From NCBI GenBank assembly GCA_963816185.1, contig CAWFJJ010000029.1, positions 403,353-467,352 on the forward strand: a stretch of DNA of 64,000 nucleotides. Reading direction: 5' to 3'. The notes beneath the pieces were generated by a model, which was not told where the DNA came from, did no database searches, and saw only the letters and a list, made by a program, of their open reading frames with translations. The stretch is from Thermoanaerobaculia bacterium (GTDB lineage: Bacteria > Acidobacteriota > Thermoanaerobaculia > UBA5066). The translations under genes were made by a program, and so were the position numbers. This document shows, piece after piece, positions 9,666 to 21,074 of this stretch. Numbering within the stretch: the first letter of the stretch is position 1; every line of letters starts with the position of its first letter.

Positions 9666-12014
9666 ATGAGAGCAGTCGCTTCGAAACTGGTCGGCAGCCT
9701 TCTTCTCGTTCTGGCTGCGGGCGTTGCGCGTGCCGCTTCGATCACTCCCGATCCCTGGCCCCGCGAGTTCACGACGCCGAAAGGCAACACGGCGGTCATG
9801 TACCAGCCCCAGTTCGAGACCTTCAAAGGGGACACGATCGGCGGGCGCGCCGCCATCTCGGTGACGAAGAAGGGTGAGACCGCGCCGAAGTTCGGCGTCA
9901 TCTTCTTCACCGCCTCCGTCTCCGTCGACCGCGACGACCGCTCCGTCGAGATCCGGCGCATCAAGGTGAACCGCGTCCGCTTTCCGAACATCACGCCCCA
10001 AAAGGAGAAGACCTTCGCCGGAATCGTCGAAGCGGAGTTTCCGAAATGGAATCTCGTCATTTCGTACGACCGCGTGATCGAGGGCGTGAAGGTCGCCGAG
10101 CGCGAGAAGAAAAGCGCGCAAGGCCTCAAGAACGATCCACCCAAGGTCCTCTTCGCCCAGGAGCCGACGGTGCTCGTGCTGCTCGACGGCGAGCCGCAGC
10201 TCCGTGACGTCGAGAGCGCGCCCGGCCTGAAGGTCGTCGTGAACACGGCCCTGTTCATGGTTCTCGATACGCGCAACAACCGCTATTACCTTTCGGGGGG
10301 CAAGAGGTGGTGGTACGAGGCGCCGGACGCGAAGGGACCGTGGCGCTCGATCGGCGGGCCTCCGGCCGACATCGCGGACCTCGCCGCGCAGGCGGCCGAG
10401 GCGCAGAAGAAGAGCGAGAAGGACGTGCCTCAAGACGACGGAACCGAGGCGGCAAATCCGCCGAAGATCGTCGTGGCCACCGAGCCGACCGAGCTGATCG
10501 TTTCCGAGGGCAAGCCCTCCTTCAAGCCCGTCGCGGGAGCGGGGACGGATCTCCTCTCGATGGAGAACACGGAGAGCGACGTTCTTCTCGACGTGCCGAC
10601 GCAGAACTACTACGCGCTCCTGTCGGGGCGGTGGTTCCGGAGCAAGGCGCTCGCCGGCGGGGCCTGGACGTACGTGCCGCCGGACTCGCTCCCCGCGACG
10701 TTCGCCAAGATCCCGCCGGACTCGGACATCGGCGACATGCGCGCGAGTGTTCCCGGCACCGACGAAGCCGAAGACGCCGTCCTCGACGCGCAGATCCCGC
10801 AGACGACGGCCGTCAAGCGCGCCGACGCGAAGCTCGACGTGCAATACGACGGCGAGGCGAAGTTCGTCGGGATCGAGGGCACGACGACCGAGTACGCGAT
10901 CAACACGCCGACCTCGGTCCTGAGGATCGCCGGCCGCTACTATGCGTGCGAGAACGCCGTGTGGTACGTCGCGGACTCGCCCGACGGCCCGTGGCTCCTC
11001 GCGGATTCCGTTCCCGCGGACGAAATCGACCAGATTCCGCCGAGCGTCCCCGTCTACAACGTGAAGTACGTGCGCATCTACGATTCCACGCCGGACGAAG
11101 TCTACGTGGGCTACACGCAGGGCTACGAGGGCTGTTACCCGTGGGGGGGGACGGTCGTCTGGGGGACGGGCTGGTACTACAGTCCGTGGGTCGGCCCGGC
11201 CTTCTGGTGGCCGCGCCCCTATACGTGGGGCTTCCACGCGCACTACACGCCGTGGTCCGGCTGGGGTTTCGGCGCGTCCTGGAGCTATCCCTTCTTCTCC
11301 GCGAGCTTCGGCTGGGGAGGCTGGTTTCGCCCGGTCGGCTGGGGCCGCCCCCACTTCGGCGGCTGGTGGGGAGGCGGATACCGGCGCGGCTGGTTCGGAC
11401 CGGGCGGGTACCGTCCGCCGACGGCCATCGTGAACCGCTACTGGGGCAATCGCCCCGGCGGCATTCGCCCGCCCGGGTGGCGCCCGGTGGCGGGAGCCCG
11501 CGCGGGCCTCCCCCGTCCGGGAATGGTTCGGCCGGGCCGGCCGCTCATCGGCTTCCATCCTCCGGTGAAAGACATCCGGCCCGTGAGGATCCAGAACAAC
11601 ATCTACACCCGGCTTCCCGGGCGTGTGCGTGACGTTTCGAGGCCGCCGTCCCGCGTCGTGTCGCGTCCAGCCGATCGGTCGAACAACGTCTATGCGGGAA
11701 AGAACGGCGAGGTCTATCGCAAGACCAAGGATGGCTGGCAGCAACGCACGAACGGCGCGTGGAGGAATTCCGGCTCAGGAACGCCGACAGGCAAGGGGTC
11801 GACGGCGTATTCGCCGGTCCAAGGCACACGTCCCGTCGTGCGCGCCGCGCCGCACCCCGAGCTGGAACGCGATTTTTCGGCGCGGCAGCGCGGCAATGCC
11901 CGTGCGCAGAGCTGGTCGCGCCCAGCGTCGCCGCCGGCTCGCGTGGCACCGGCGCCTCGCGCGGCGCCGAAAGCTTCGGCGCCCTCGGTGCACAGGGGCG
12001 AGAAGCGCCGCTAA
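9666..12014 (+). CDS. large secreted protein with W/G-rich and R/P-rich C-terminal tail
   Basis: Signal peptide, WPRE...YQPQ start, aromatic-rich repeats, NNVYAGKNGEVYR motif. Confidence 0.75.
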   Translation: MRAVASKLVGSLLLVLAAGVARAASITPDPWPREFTTPKGNTAVMYQPQFETFKGDTIGGRAAISVTKKGETAPKFGVIFFTASVSVDRDDRSVEIRRIKVNRVRFPNITPQKEKTFAGIVEAEFPKWNLVISYDRVIEGVKVAEREKKSAQGLKNDPPKVLFAQEPTVLVLLDGEPQLRDVESAPGLKVVVNTALFMVLDTRNNRYYLSGGKRWWYEAPDAKGPWRSIGGPPADIADLAAQAAEAQKKSEKDVPQDDGTEAANPPKIVVATEPTELIVSEGKPSFKPVAGAGTDLLSMENTESDVLLDVPTQNYYALLSGRWFRSKALAGGAWTYVPPDSLPATFAKIPPDSDIGDMRASVPGTDEAEDAVLDAQIPQTTAVKRADAKLDVQYDGEAKFVGIEGTTTEYAINTPTSVLRIAGRYYACENAVWYVADSPDGPWLLADSVPADEIDQIPPSVPVYNVKYVRIYDSTPDEVYVGYTQGYEGCYPWGGTVVWGTGWYYSPWVGPAFWWPRPYTWGFHAHYTPWSGWGFGASWSYPFFSASFGWGGWFRPVGWGRPHFGGWWGGGYRRGWFGPGGYRPPTAIVNRYWGNRPGGIRPPGWRPVAGARAGLPRPGMVRPGRPLIGFHPPVKDIRPVRIQNNIYTRLPGRVRDVSRPPSRVVSRPADRSNNVYAGKNGEVYRKTKDGWQQRTNGAWRNSGSGTPTGKGSTAYSPVQGTRPVVRAAPHPELERDFSARQRGNARAQSWSRPASPPARVAPAPRAAPKASAPSVHRGEKRR

Positions 12015-12089
12015 GCGTTAGGATGACTCCAGCTCCGGGAGCGAACTTTTCAGGGCCGAATCGCGTTCCCGGAGTGTGAGGAGACGGCG

Positions 12090-12533
12090 ATGTATTACGT
12101 GATCGGGGCCAACGGCAGCCAGTATGGTCCGGTCGACGAGGTGACGATGCGCGCGTGGATCACGGAAGGCCGCATCGCCGCTCCGAGCCTTTCCTTCAAG
12201 ACGGGCGAGTCCGGCTGGGTTCCGCTCCAGACGCGTGAGGAGTTCCGCGATCTGCTGGCTGCGGCACCCGCCGTACCGGCCGCGGCGTCGGCGACGGTCC
12301 CGCCGGCTCCCTCCGCTCACCCCGCCGACGCGAAAGAGTGGCTCGTCGCTCTGCTCCTCTCGATTTTCCTCGGCACCTTCGGCGTCGACCGCTTCTACAT
12401 CGGCCACGTGGGCCTCGGCCTCCTGAAGCTCTTCACGTTCGGCGGCTGCGGCATCTGGTGGCTCGTGGACGTCATCCTCATCGCGACGAACTCGCTCAAG
12501 GACTCGCAGGGCCGGGCTCTCGTCAAGACCTGA
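12090..12533 (+). CDS. GYF-like (DUF4339) plus TM2 domain protein
   Basis: QYGPV..W...GRI; [33 protein letters not shown]. Confidence 0.85.
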   Translation: MYYVIGANGSQYGPVDEVTMRAWITEGRIAAPSLSFKTGESGWVPLQTREEFRDLLAAAPAVPAAASATVPPAPSAHPADAKEWLVALLLSIFLGTFGVDRFYIGHVGLGLLKLFTFGGCGIWWLVDVILIATNSLKDSQGRALVKT

Positions 12534-12536
12534 GCC

Positions 12537-13157
12537 TCAGGGCCGCGCGGTGCCGGATTCGCGGGAAGCGGGAGGGATGCGCGCGCCGTTCACCGTCACC
12601 TCGGCCGTCCACCCGAACGCTGAGGCGGCCTCCGTGAAGAGGTCGCGGGCCTGCGCGGACGACTTTTCGAGAAGCCCGGCGTCCTTCGCCGCGCGCGCGA
12701 GCGCGCCGCGTGCCCACTGCGTCCAGCGGGTTCGATCGGAAGGCGTGATCGGGTTGAGCCAGCCCGAGCGCTCGTCGAACCACTCGAGATGGTCGTCGAC
12801 CGCGAGGACCTGCGGCGCCGGGAGCCGGACCACGACGAGACGGCGGCCCGCGTCGGCCTCGACGTCGAAACCGCGCTCGAGGTCGAAACCTCCCATCACT
12901 TTCCCGCGCAGGCGCAAGGTGGCGTTCTTCGGGATGTCGAAGACGAGGAAGGTCTTCACCTCCTCGTAGCGCACCACGTCCGCGATCTCCATCTCGATCG
13001 TCGCAAGGCGCGCGATGCGCCGCACGGCCTGGACCACGGGAGCGGAGGAAACGGCCTCGCGGCGCGTGCGCCAGCGTCCCAGGAAAAACCCCGTCGAAAA
13101 GACGGCGAGAACAGCCGCGATCGCGGCGAGAAAGCCGATGATGAGTCGCCGGCGCAT
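12537..13157 (-). CDS. DUF4230-like membrane-anchored protein
   Basis: N-terminal TM segment; LATIE, GKVMGGFDL, LPAPQVL, A...GLLE..A pattern. Confidence 0.7.
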   Translation of the reverse strand: MRRRLIIGFLAAIAAVLAVFSTGFFLGRWRTRREAVSSAPVVQAVRRIARLATIEMEIADVVRYEEVKTFLVFDIPKNATLRLRGKVMGGFDLERGFDVEADAGRRLVVVRLPAPQVLAVDDHLEWFDERSGWLNPITPSDRTRWTQWARGALARAAKDAGLLEKSSAQARDLFTEAASAFGWTAEVTVNGARIPPASRESGTARP

Positions 13158-13304
13158 CGTTTCTCCAGCCTATCGAATCGCCCGTTTTCGTGCAGTCCGT
13201 GCCCCCGAATGATGCATTCTCATCGGAGAGGAGGGGCGAAAGCGAGCGCTAGAATCGGCATTCTTCCTGCACGGAATCCGTCGGGAACGACTTTGGAGGC
13301 TTCG

Positions 13305-14249
13305 ATGCACGCTTTCCGCCCCGCCCGCGCCTTCATGGGCGCAGTTCTCGCGTTTCTCATTCTCCCTGCGACTCTTCTGGCGATCCAGCAGGGGCGCATC
13401 ACGGGCAAGGTCACGGATGGCAAGGGCGTCACCCTTTCGGACGTCAAGATCACGATCACGACGAAATCCATCACGACCTTCAAGCTCGAGCTCAAGACCG
13501 ACAAGGACGGCAAGTGGGGGACGATCCTGAACGACGCGACGATGGTCTACCACTACCGCTTCGAGAAGGAGGGCTTCATCCCTTGGGAGCAGGACAAGAA
13601 GGTCCCCATCGGAGGCTCGGAAACTCTCGACGTCCAGCTCCTCACGCAGAAGCAGGCCGTCGAGAAGGGGATCGTCAAGCAAGTCGAAGATCCCTTCACG
13701 ACGAGCTACAACGCGGCGGTCGAGGCCTATCAGGCCGGTGACGTCGAGAACGCGTTCGTGAAGGCTCAGGAAGCCATCAAGCTGGGGCCCGACAAGGCGA
13801 TCGCCTACAACCTGGGGGCCACGATCGCCCACAAGAAGAAAGACTGGGACAACACGATCGCGTTCGGCGAGAAATCTCTCGCCCTCGAACCCGACAACTC
13901 GCCTCTCGTCGGCATGCTCATGGATGCCTACCGCGCGAAAGGCGACAAGGCGAAAGCCGCGGAGTACGAAAAGAAATACATTGCCGCGAACCCCGATCAG
14001 CCCGAGGTCCTCTACAACCAGGCGGTCGCGCTTTACAACAAGAACGACTTCAAGGGCGCGGAGCCGCTGCTCCGGAAGGTCGTCGAGGGCAAGCCGGACT
14101 TTGCGAAGGCGCATTACCTGCTCGGCATGTCGTATGTGAACCTGAACAGGATTCCCGACATGAAGAAGCACCTCTCCGAATACCTCAGGTTGGAGCCGAA
14201 GGGCGCGGACGCGGCCACGGCGAAGGAGATGCTGGACGCCTTCAAGTGA
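13305..14249 (+). CDS. secreted carboxypeptidase-regulatory-like domain plus TPR protein
   Basis: GRITGKVTD..G, TDKDGKW, C-terminal TPR repeats (AHYLLGMSY); GGAGG Shine-Dalgarno. Confidence 0.8.
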   Translation: MHAFRPARAFMGAVLAFLILPATLLAIQQGRITGKVTDGKGVTLSDVKITITTKSITTFKLELKTDKDGKWGTILNDATMVYHYRFEKEGFIPWEQDKKVPIGGSETLDVQLLTQKQAVEKGIVKQVEDPFTTSYNAAVEAYQAGDVENAFVKAQEAIKLGPDKAIAYNLGATIAHKKKDWDNTIAFGEKSLALEPDNSPLVGMLMDAYRAKGDKAKAAEYEKKYIAANPDQPEVLYNQAVALYNKNDFKGAEPLLRKVVEGKPDFAKAHYLLGMSYVNLNRIPDMKKHLSEYLRLEPKGADAATAKEMLDAFK

Positions 14250-14863
14250 CACCTTTCGTCATCGGGATCGCCGGCGGCACCGGGTCGGGCAAGACGACCG
14301 TCGCCCGGGCGATCGTGAACCGTGTGGGAGAGAAGCGCATCACGTTCCTCTCACACGACGCGTACTACCGGGACTTCGTCGACCTTCCGAAGTCCATCCT
14401 CGACGGAAAGAACTTCGACCATCCGGACTCGCTCGAGACCGAGCTGCTCGTGCGCCACCTCAAGGCGCTCAAGCAGGGGATGGTCGTCGAGATGCCCGTC
14501 TACGACTTCAAGGTCCACCGCCGCGCGGCGGAAACCCGCCGCGTCGAGCCGCGCAAGGTCATCCTCGTGGATGGGATCCTGATCTACGCCGAGCCCGAGC
14601 TGAGGAAGCTCTTCGACGTGAAGATCTTCGTCGACACGGACGCCGACATCCGACTCATTCGCCGCATTAAGCGCGACATCGCCGAGCGAGGCCGCACGCT
14701 CGAGAGCGTCGTAGCGCAGTACGAAAGCACGGTCCGCCCGATGCACCTCGAGTTCGTAGAGCCCGCGAAGCGGTACGCCGATCTCATCATCCCGGAAGGC
14801 GGCGAGAACACAGTCGCCCTCGAGTTCCTCTTCGCCCGCCTGAACGCCCTCTTCGCGGATTAG
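14246..14863 (+). CDS. udk: uridine kinase
   Basis: IGIAGGTGSGKTT, DAYYRD, NFDHP, RR..RD..ERGR, EP.KRYADLIIP. Confidence 0.93.
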   Translation: MTPFVIGIAGGTGSGKTTVARAIVNRVGEKRITFLSHDAYYRDFVDLPKSILDGKNFDHPDSLETELLVRHLKALKQGMVVEMPVYDFKVHRRAAETRRVEPRKVILVDGILIYAEPELRKLFDVKIFVDTDADIRLIRRIKRDIAERGRTLESVVAQYESTVRPMHLEFVEPAKRYADLIIPEGGENTVALEFLFARLNALFAD

Positions 14864-14905
14864 CCGGCCCTGGAGGGTGCGCCGCGCCTGTTGGAGAATG
14901 CGCGG

Positions 14906-16378
14906 ATGCGAAACACTCTTCACGCCACGACAGTCGCCGCCTGCCTGCTTGCCGCCGGATTCGCGCATGCCATAACACCCGACGCCGCCTCGCGCCTCGC
15001 GGGCCGCGCCGTAGGCGCGACGCCCCTCCTCGCCGACACGCGCGAGCTCTGCGACACCGTGGGCGGGCGGCCGGTCGGCTCGGAAGCGAACGTGCGCGCC
15101 GTCACGTGGGCCGCCGCCAAGCTCAAGGCGGCGGGAGCCGACACCGTGGCGACGGAGCCTTTCCCCGTACCGTTCCTCTGGCTTCCCGGCACGGCGGAGG
15201 CCTCGATCGTCGCTCCCGAAAACGTCCCTTTACGCGTCGTCGCCTGTCCGGCGGCGCCTTCGACCGACGGGACGCTGACGGCCAGAGCCGTGGACGCGGG
15301 ATCGGGAACCCGAGAGGACTTCGCCCGGCTCGGTGCGAAGGCGAAGGGCGCCATCGCGGTCGTCCGCTCGAAGGAGATGAAGACGGATGCGGACCTCTTC
15401 GACGAGTACATGCGTAACGGGACGATCTTCGCGGCGGCGAAAGAGGCCGGCGCATCGGCCGTCCTCCTGCAGTCCACGCGCCCGCGCGGTCTTCTCTACC
15501 GCCATCCGGTCGGCCTCGGGCGAGGGCTCGCGCCGCTCCCGGCCGCGATGCTCTCGCGCGAGCACGCGGCACGCCTCCTGCGCCTCGCCGAGACAGGCGA
15601 CGTCACGATCCGCCTCGCGATCACGAACCGGACGGGCCCCGCCTACGAAGCCCGGAACGTCGTCGCCGACATCCGGGGAAGCGAGAAACCGGAGGAAGTC
15701 GTCCTCCTCGGCGCGCACCTCGACTCGTGGGACCTCGGAACCGGCGCGAACGACAACGGCGTGAACGTCGCCCTCGTGATCGACGTCCTGCGCGGGATCA
15801 GGGAGCTGGGCCTGAAGCCGCGGAGGACGATCCGCTTCGCCCTTTTCAACGCCGAGGAGCTCGGCATGTGGGGCTCGGCCGAGTACGTGCGCGCGCACGC
15901 GAAGGAGCTCGGAAACGTCGTCGCCGTCGTGGTCTTCGACGTGGGCTCCGGGCGGACGAACGGCTTCTTCCTGAACGGGCGCGAGGACCTGCGAAAGCCC
16001 GCCGACGCGGCGCTTGCGGCCGTCGCGGGCCTCACGAGCGCGCCGCATTCGCTCGAGGGGATCGACGGGACCGACAACTTCGACTTCCTCCTCTCGGGCG
16101 TCCCGAACCTCGTCGCAAACCAGGACTTCGCGCCTTACCTGCCTGACTACCATGCCGAGTCGGACACCTTCGACATGGTCGACGCACGCGAGGCGCGCGC
16201 GAACGCCGCGATCGCGTCGGCGCTCGTCTGGGGCCTCGCGAACGCGGACGGTCGTGCGCCGCGCCAGACGAAGGCGGAAGTCGACGAGCTCCTGAAGGAC
16301 ACGAAGCTCGACGAGCAGATGAAGGCCCTCGGCCAGTGGGATGATTGGGTCTCGGGCCGGCGGGGCGTGTCGAAGTGA
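14906..16378 (+). CDS. M28 family metallopeptidase with PA domain
   Basis: [34 protein letters not shown]. Confidence 0.88.
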   Translation: MRNTLHATTVAACLLAAGFAHAITPDAASRLAGRAVGATPLLADTRELCDTVGGRPVGSEANVRAVTWAAAKLKAAGADTVATEPFPVPFLWLPGTAEASIVAPENVPLRVVACPAAPSTDGTLTARAVDAGSGTREDFARLGAKAKGAIAVVRSKEMKTDADLFDEYMRNGTIFAAAKEAGASAVLLQSTRPRGLLYRHPVGLGRGLAPLPAAMLSREHAARLLRLAETGDVTIRLAITNRTGPAYEARNVVADIRGSEKPEEVVLLGAHLDSWDLGTGANDNGVNVALVIDVLRGIRELGLKPRRTIRFALFNAEELGMWGSAEYVRAHAKELGNVVAVVVFDVGSGRTNGFFLNGREDLRKPADAALAAVAGLTSAPHSLEGIDGTDNFDFLLSGVPNLVANQDFAPYLPDYHAESDTFDMVDAREARANAAIASALVWGLANADGRAPRQTKAEVDELLKDTKLDEQMKALGQWDDWVSGRRGVSK

Positions 16379-16421
16379 CGCGCGCCGCCGGGCACGCTCC
16401 GTCCCCTACAATCGCGCCCCT

Positions 16422-17696
16422 GTGAGCACGAGCGCCTTTCCGCCTGTTCCCGAACAGCTCGACCTTCTCCTGAAGGGCGTCGAGGCCTGCGAGAAGCGCG
16501 ACGAGCTGGAGAAGAAGCTCGTCCGGTCCGCCAAGACCGGCAAGCCCCTGCTCGTGAAGGTAGGCTTCGATCCCTCGACTCCTGACCTCCACCTCGGGCA
16601 CACGGTCGTCTTCCGGAAGATGCGGCACTTCCAGCGCCTCGGGCACACGGTCGTCTTCCTGATCGGCGACTTCACGGGAATGATCGGCGACCCCACCGGC
16701 AAGAAAGCGACGCGCCCGCAGCTCACGAAGGACCAGGTCCTCGTGAACGCCGAGACGTACAAGGCGCAGGTCTTCAAGATCCTCGACCCCCGGAAGACGC
16801 GCGTCGCGTTCAATTCCGAATGGCTCTCGGCGCTCGGCGCCGAGGGTCTCATCCGCCTCTCGGCGAAATACACCGTCGCGCGCCTGCTCGAGCGCGACGA
16901 CTTCGCGAAACGCTTCCGCGAGGGAAAGCCCATCGCCGTGCACGAGCTTCTCTACCCGCTTTGCCAGGGCTACGACTCCGTCGCGCTTTCGGCCGACGTC
17001 GAGCTGGGCGGCACGGACCAGCTCTTCAACCTCCTCGTCGGCCGCGACCTCATGCGCGAGTCGGGCCAGGAGCCCCAGGTCGCCATGACGCTCCCGCTCC
17101 TCGTGGGCACGGACGGCGTGGAGAAGATGTCGAAGTCGCTCGGCAACGCGATCGGCGTCGCGGAGAGCCCGGACGAGATCTTCGGGAAGACCATGTCTAT
17201 CTCGGACACGTCGATGTGGACGTACTACACGCTCCTGACGGACTTGACGCCGGCCCAGATCGAGAAGTTGAAGGCCGACGTCGCGTCGGGCAAGGTCCAT
17301 CCCAAGGCTCAGAAGATGGAGCTCGCCGGACGGCTCGTCGAGGATTTCCACGATCGGGAGAAGGCGTCGGCGGCGCGCGCCGAGTTCGACAGGCGCTTCG
17401 GGGGAACAGGGGGCGCGGTGAGCGCAGACGTCGTGCGCCTTTCTCCGCTGGCTGGAGCGTCGGGAAAGGGCGCCGAAGATTTCTTTGAAAAGAATATGAC
17501 GGACGTCCTCGTGGAAGCGGGACTCGTGGCGAGCAAGAACATCGCGCGCCAGAAGATCCGCGAAGGGGCTGTGTCGACATCCGCCGATGGCCAGAGCTGG
17601 ACGAAAGCGACGTCACCAACTGACGTGCTGCGTGTCGGCACGGGTCAGGGTGTCTTTCTTAGAATGGGGAAGAAATTCGTTCGGGTGACGCCATGA
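16422..17696 (+). CDS. tyrS: tyrosine--tRNA ligase
   Basis: [41 protein letters not shown]-terminal S4-like domain. Confidence 0.95.
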   Translation: MSTSAFPPVPEQLDLLLKGVEACEKRDELEKKLVRSAKTGKPLLVKVGFDPSTPDLHLGHTVVFRKMRHFQRLGHTVVFLIGDFTGMIGDPTGKKATRPQLTKDQVLVNAETYKAQVFKILDPRKTRVAFNSEWLSALGAEGLIRLSAKYTVARLLERDDFAKRFREGKPIAVHELLYPLCQGYDSVALSADVELGGTDQLFNLLVGRDLMRESGQEPQVAMTLPLLVGTDGVEKMSKSLGNAIGVAESPDEIFGKTMSISDTSMWTYYTLLTDLTPAQIEKLKADVASGKVHPKAQKMELAGRLVEDFHDREKASAARAEFDRRFGGTGGAVSADVVRLSPLAGASGKGAEDFFEKNMTDVLVEAGLVASKNIARQKIREGAVSTSADGQSWTKATSPTDVLRVGTGQGVFLRMGKKFVRVTP

Positions 17697-17748
17697 CGCG
17701 CCGAGCTGCGCCGCGTCTTTCCCTTTTCAACTTCTAAGAAAAGCAACA

Positions 17749-18573
17749 TTGCAAGAGAGCAAGAGCCATCACAGGAAGAGGGGCCGTCAACATCGAACGG
17801 TCCTCCTCGTCGGAGGCGCGGGGCGCATGGGCCGCCTCTTCGCGCGCTTCTTTCGCCGTAGGGGCTTCGACGTCCGCATCGCCGACCCCGCCGGCGCGCC
17901 GCGCGGCTTCTCCGCGGGCACGCTCGACGATGCCGCGAAGGCCGACGTCGTCCTGATCGCCGCGTCTCTCGAGCAGTCGGCAACTGCGCTCGTGGCCGTG
18001 CTCGACCAAAATCCGAAGGGGCTCGTCTTCGACATCGCGAGCGTGAAGGCTCCGCTCCTTCCGCTCTTCGAGCGCGCCCGCGGTCGCGGCGTCGCGATCG
18101 CCTCGGCGCATCCGATGTTCGGCCCTGACACACGTCTTCGGGGCCGCGATCTCCTCGTTCTCGATGCAGGCGTCAAGGCGGCCGCGCAGCGCGTGGCGCG
18201 CCTCTTCGCCGGCGAGGGCATGAAGATCCGGACGATGCCTGCCGCCGAGCACGACCGCTGGGTCGGGCGCACGATGGGCTTCGCGCACCTCGTCGCGCTC
18301 GTCTCGGCTTTCTCGCTCGCCGAGCTCGGCATCTCGCGCGATGACGTGGACGGCCGTGCGACGACCACGTTCCGGTATCTGCTCGCGCTCGTCGCGTCCA
18401 TCCTCGACCAGGATCCGGCATTGACACGGGCCATCCAGGCGGAGAATCCCGAAGCGTGCTCCGTGATCGAGTCTTTCACCAAGCAGGCCGAAGCTCTCCG
18501 TCATCTTCTCTTCGAGGGCGACGGGTCGGAACTGAAGGCGAGGCTCGCGGCCGTGCGCGCGGCGCTGCGGTGA
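17749..18573 (+). CDS. prephenate/arogenate dehydrogenase
   Basis: GGAGRMG Rossmann motif, DIASVK, HPMFGP, EHD. Confidence 0.85.
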   Translation: MQESKSHHRKRGRQHRTVLLVGGAGRMGRLFARFFRRRGFDVRIADPAGAPRGFSAGTLDDAAKADVVLIAASLEQSATALVAVLDQNPKGLVFDIASVKAPLLPLFERARGRGVAIASAHPMFGPDTRLRGRDLLVLDAGVKAAAQRVARLFAGEGMKIRTMPAAEHDRWVGRTMGFAHLVALVSAFSLAELGISRDDVDGRATTTFRYLLALVASILDQDPALTRAIQAENPEACSVIESFTKQAEALRHLLFEGDGSELKARLAAVRAALR

Positions 18574-18956
18574 GCACGGCCTTCCGGCGTGCGGCGGCTC
18601 TCCTCGCCGCCGTCGCGGCTTTCGCGCTCCTCGCCGCGCAGGCGGTCGAATCCGTGACTCCCATCGGCGCTTCGCTTTCGGTGGCGAAGAAGTTCTGGCG
18701 GGCCGGCTCGACGACCCGCCTCCTGAACTCGCGCCTTTTTCGGCGCGGCCCGGAGCTCGGCGCGGCTCTCGTGGCGCGAGACCGCTTCCTGGCGCTCGAC
18801 GTCGACGTCGTCCTCACGGTGCCGCCCTCGCTTCCTGACGATGCGGCCGAGGAGATGCGACGGAAAGCCGCCTTCGTCCTCGCGCCGCGCCGCGTGACGC
18901 TCACGCGAGGAGAGACGGGCCGCGAGGGCTTCGCTCTTGCCTCGGTCTCGCGATGA
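18570..18956 (+). CDS. hypothetical exported protein
   Basis: GTG start overlaps the upstream stop; hydrophobic N-terminus. Confidence 0.5.
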   Translation: MSTAFRRAAALLAAVAAFALLAAQAVESVTPIGASLSVAKKFWRAGSTTRLLNSRLFRRGPELGAALVARDRFLALDVDVVLTVPPSLPDDAAEEMRRKAAFVLAPRRVTLTRGETGREGFALASVSR

Positions 18957-18960
18957 CGCC

Positions 18961-20052
18961 GTGAGCCGTGCCGCGTCCCGTCTCGTTCTCGCCGCCGCGG
19001 CTCTGCTTCTCGGGATCGGCGTCCTGACGGCGGCCGTCGTCGCGATGCGTGAGCCCTTCGCCTTGAACGACTACACGGCGATCTGGGGGCTGAAGGCACG
19101 GGCTCTTACGCGGTCTTTTTCCCTCGACGCTCTCTTTCGCGTGGACCCGGACGGCACGTTTTCGCACCCGGAGTACCCGCCGCTCTGGCCTCTCCTCCTC
19201 GCGGCGGCGTCCGGCGCCCGACGCCGGTACGACGATCTCGTCGTCACACCGCTCTGGCCGGCTCTCACCGTGTCGGCGTCTCTTCTGGCCATGCGGGCCG
19301 CTCGGTCGATGCGCGTCGCGGCGCCCTTCGCGCTCCTCGCGGGGGCCACCGTGTCGCTTCTTCCGTACTGGAGGCGTTACCCGGGCTATGCCGAGGGTCT
19401 TCTCCTCGTCTTCGTCCTCGGCGCGCTGGCCGAGTTAGGCCGCCTCGACGAGGAGAGAGGAGCGGCCGTTCGGATCGCGATCTTCCTCACGCTCGCGGCC
19501 TGGACGAAGCCCGAGGGTCTCGTGGCGGCGCTCGCGGCCGCGGCCGTTCTCGTCTTCGCGCGGCGCACGCGGGCCGCGCTTCTCGTCGCTCTCTCGGCCG
19601 TCTCGTTCGCGGCGGTCCCCTGGGCGCTCGTCGTCTCGCGTCTCGCACCGATGAGACCGCCTACGGATTTCGCGCTCTCCTCGTTCTCGGTCGCGAGTCT
19701 CGCGGGCGCGCTCGGGGCGCTCGCCTCGGAGGCTGCGCCGCACGCCGGCTGGGTCGCGGCGGGGGCGCTCCTTCTCGCGCTCGCGCCGGCGACGCGGCGC
19801 GCGCGCCGGCCGGTCCTCGCGTGGTGCGGCCTCTATGCGTCGGCGCTCGTCGGCTCCTTTGCATTCACGCGCCTTTCACCCCCGTGGCACGTGCATTGGT
19901 CGTGGGACCGCCTCGCGCTCATCCCGGTTGCCGTCCTTCTGCCGGTACTCGCCGAGGCTCTCGCGGAATGCGTGCAGGGGAAAAGTGCGCCCGAGCCTGC
20001 TCCAAAATCTCGTGTGGTGTCCCCTCCCGAGGCTCCTGCCCCAGCGCTCTGA
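18961..20052 (+). CDS. polytopic membrane protein, GT-C glycosyltransferase-like
   Basis: D..AIWGLKA, HPEYPPL, WTKPEG motifs and many TM segments. Confidence 0.65.
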   Translation: MSRAASRLVLAAAALLLGIGVLTAAVVAMREPFALNDYTAIWGLKARALTRSFSLDALFRVDPDGTFSHPEYPPLWPLLLAAASGARRRYDDLVVTPLWPALTVSASLLAMRAARSMRVAAPFALLAGATVSLLPYWRRYPGYAEGLLLVFVLGALAELGRLDEERGAAVRIAIFLTLAAWTKPEGLVAALAAAAVLVFARRTRAALLVALSAVSFAAVPWALVVSRLAPMRPPTDFALSSFSVASLAGALGALASEAAPHAGWVAAGALLLALAPATRRARRPVLAWCGLYASALVGSFAFTRLSPPWHVHWSWDRLALIPVAVLLPVLAEALAECVQGKSAPEPAPKSRVVSPPEAPAPAL

Positions 20053-20863
20053 GGGCGAACGCGAGCGTTGTCCTGACGCGCGCCTCGTCGAGTGTTTCGA
20101 GGGGCAGTGCGCCGTCCCTCTTTCCGAGCTTTCTTCCGTCGGGACCGAGGACGAGAGGAAGGTGCGCGTACGTTTGGGTCGGAAAGCCGAGGGCCCGCTG
20201 GAGCGCGATCTGGCGGGCCGTCGAGTCGAGGAGGTCCGCGCCGCGCACGACCTGTGTCACGCCCTGCGCGGCGTCGTCCACGACGACCGCGAGCTGGTAC
20301 GCGAATGGACCGTCGGCGCGCTTCACGACGAAGTCGCCGACGGAGACCTCGAGATTTTCGGAGATGGGACCGAAGAGAAGATCTTCGAAGGTGAAGAGGC
20401 CGGGGGGAACGCGGAAGCGGTAGGCGCGGGCCGCCCTGCCGGGCTGCAGTCCGGAGCGGCACGTGCCGGGGTAGATCGACGAAGGGGACTCCGAAGGCGC
20501 TTCGTCGACGCGCACGGGTGCCGACGCCGCCCGCTCGATGTCCGCTCTCGAGCACGCGCAGGTGAAAACCATCTTCTTTCTAAGAAGATCTTCAAGCGCC
20601 ATCTCGTAATGCCAGAGACGGAGAGACTGACAAACAACCTCCCCATCCCACGTCAGGCCGTAGCGTTCGAGCGCGGGAAGGATCTCGTCCGCGGCGCCGG
20701 GCACGACGCGAGGCGTGTCGAGATCCTCCATCCGCACGAGCCACCTCCCGCCCGCGGCGCGCGCAAACAGCCACGAACCGAGTGCCGCAACGAGGCTGCC
20801 CAGGTGCAGAGGACCGGTGGGAGAGGGCGCAAATCGCCCGGTGACGCCGCGTGAGAGACTCAC
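19919..20863 (-). CDS. gluQ: glutamyl-Q tRNA(Asp) synthetase
   Basis: GRFAPSPTGPLHLGS, RMEDLD, YPGTCR, AYQLAVVVDD, RGADLL, KLGK; short, without anticodon domain. Confidence 0.9.
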   Translation of the reverse strand: MSLSRGVTGRFAPSPTGPLHLGSLVAALGSWLFARAAGGRWLVRMEDLDTPRVVPGAADEILPALERYGLTWDGEVVCQSLRLWHYEMALEDLLRKKMVFTCACSRADIERAASAPVRVDEAPSESPSSIYPGTCRSGLQPGRAARAYRFRVPPGLFTFEDLLFGPISENLEVSVGDFVVKRADGPFAYQLAVVVDDAAQGVTQVVRGADLLDSTARQIALQRALGFPTQTYAHLPLVLGPDGRKLGKRDGALPLETLDEARVRTTLAFALRALGQEPREGTPHEILEQARAHFSPARIPREPRRVPAEGRQPG

Positions 20864-20895
20864 CGCGCGAGGTTAACTCGCTAAATGCCAGCCGC

Positions 20896-20924
20896 TTGAC
20901 GCGGCCGTGCCCATTCCTTACGAT
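20896..20924 (+). promoter_or_regulatory. sigma70-type promoter for tRNA-Asn
   Basis: TTGACG-17 nt-TACGAT upstream of the tRNA. Confidence 0.65.
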
Positions 20925-20989
20925 CCACCGCTCTTTCGCGTCTTTCTGCGCGGCCCGCTACGCGCCGAAAAGCGGTGGTCTTTTTACAT

Positions 20990-21064
<75 letters not shown>

Positions 21065-21074
21065 ACTTCCTTCC

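Noticed and set aside
16403-16410. cccctaca upstream of tyrS as an IS end
   Set aside because: Only 8 bp match, with no GCAATTCCCATTG; likely chance or part of a -10 element.
382-17351. Long antisense and alternate-frame ORFs (e.g. 4004-6487, 9423-11744, 8002-9669)
   Set aside because: Shadow ORFs expected in high-GC DNA; they overlap well-supported genes and lack motifs.
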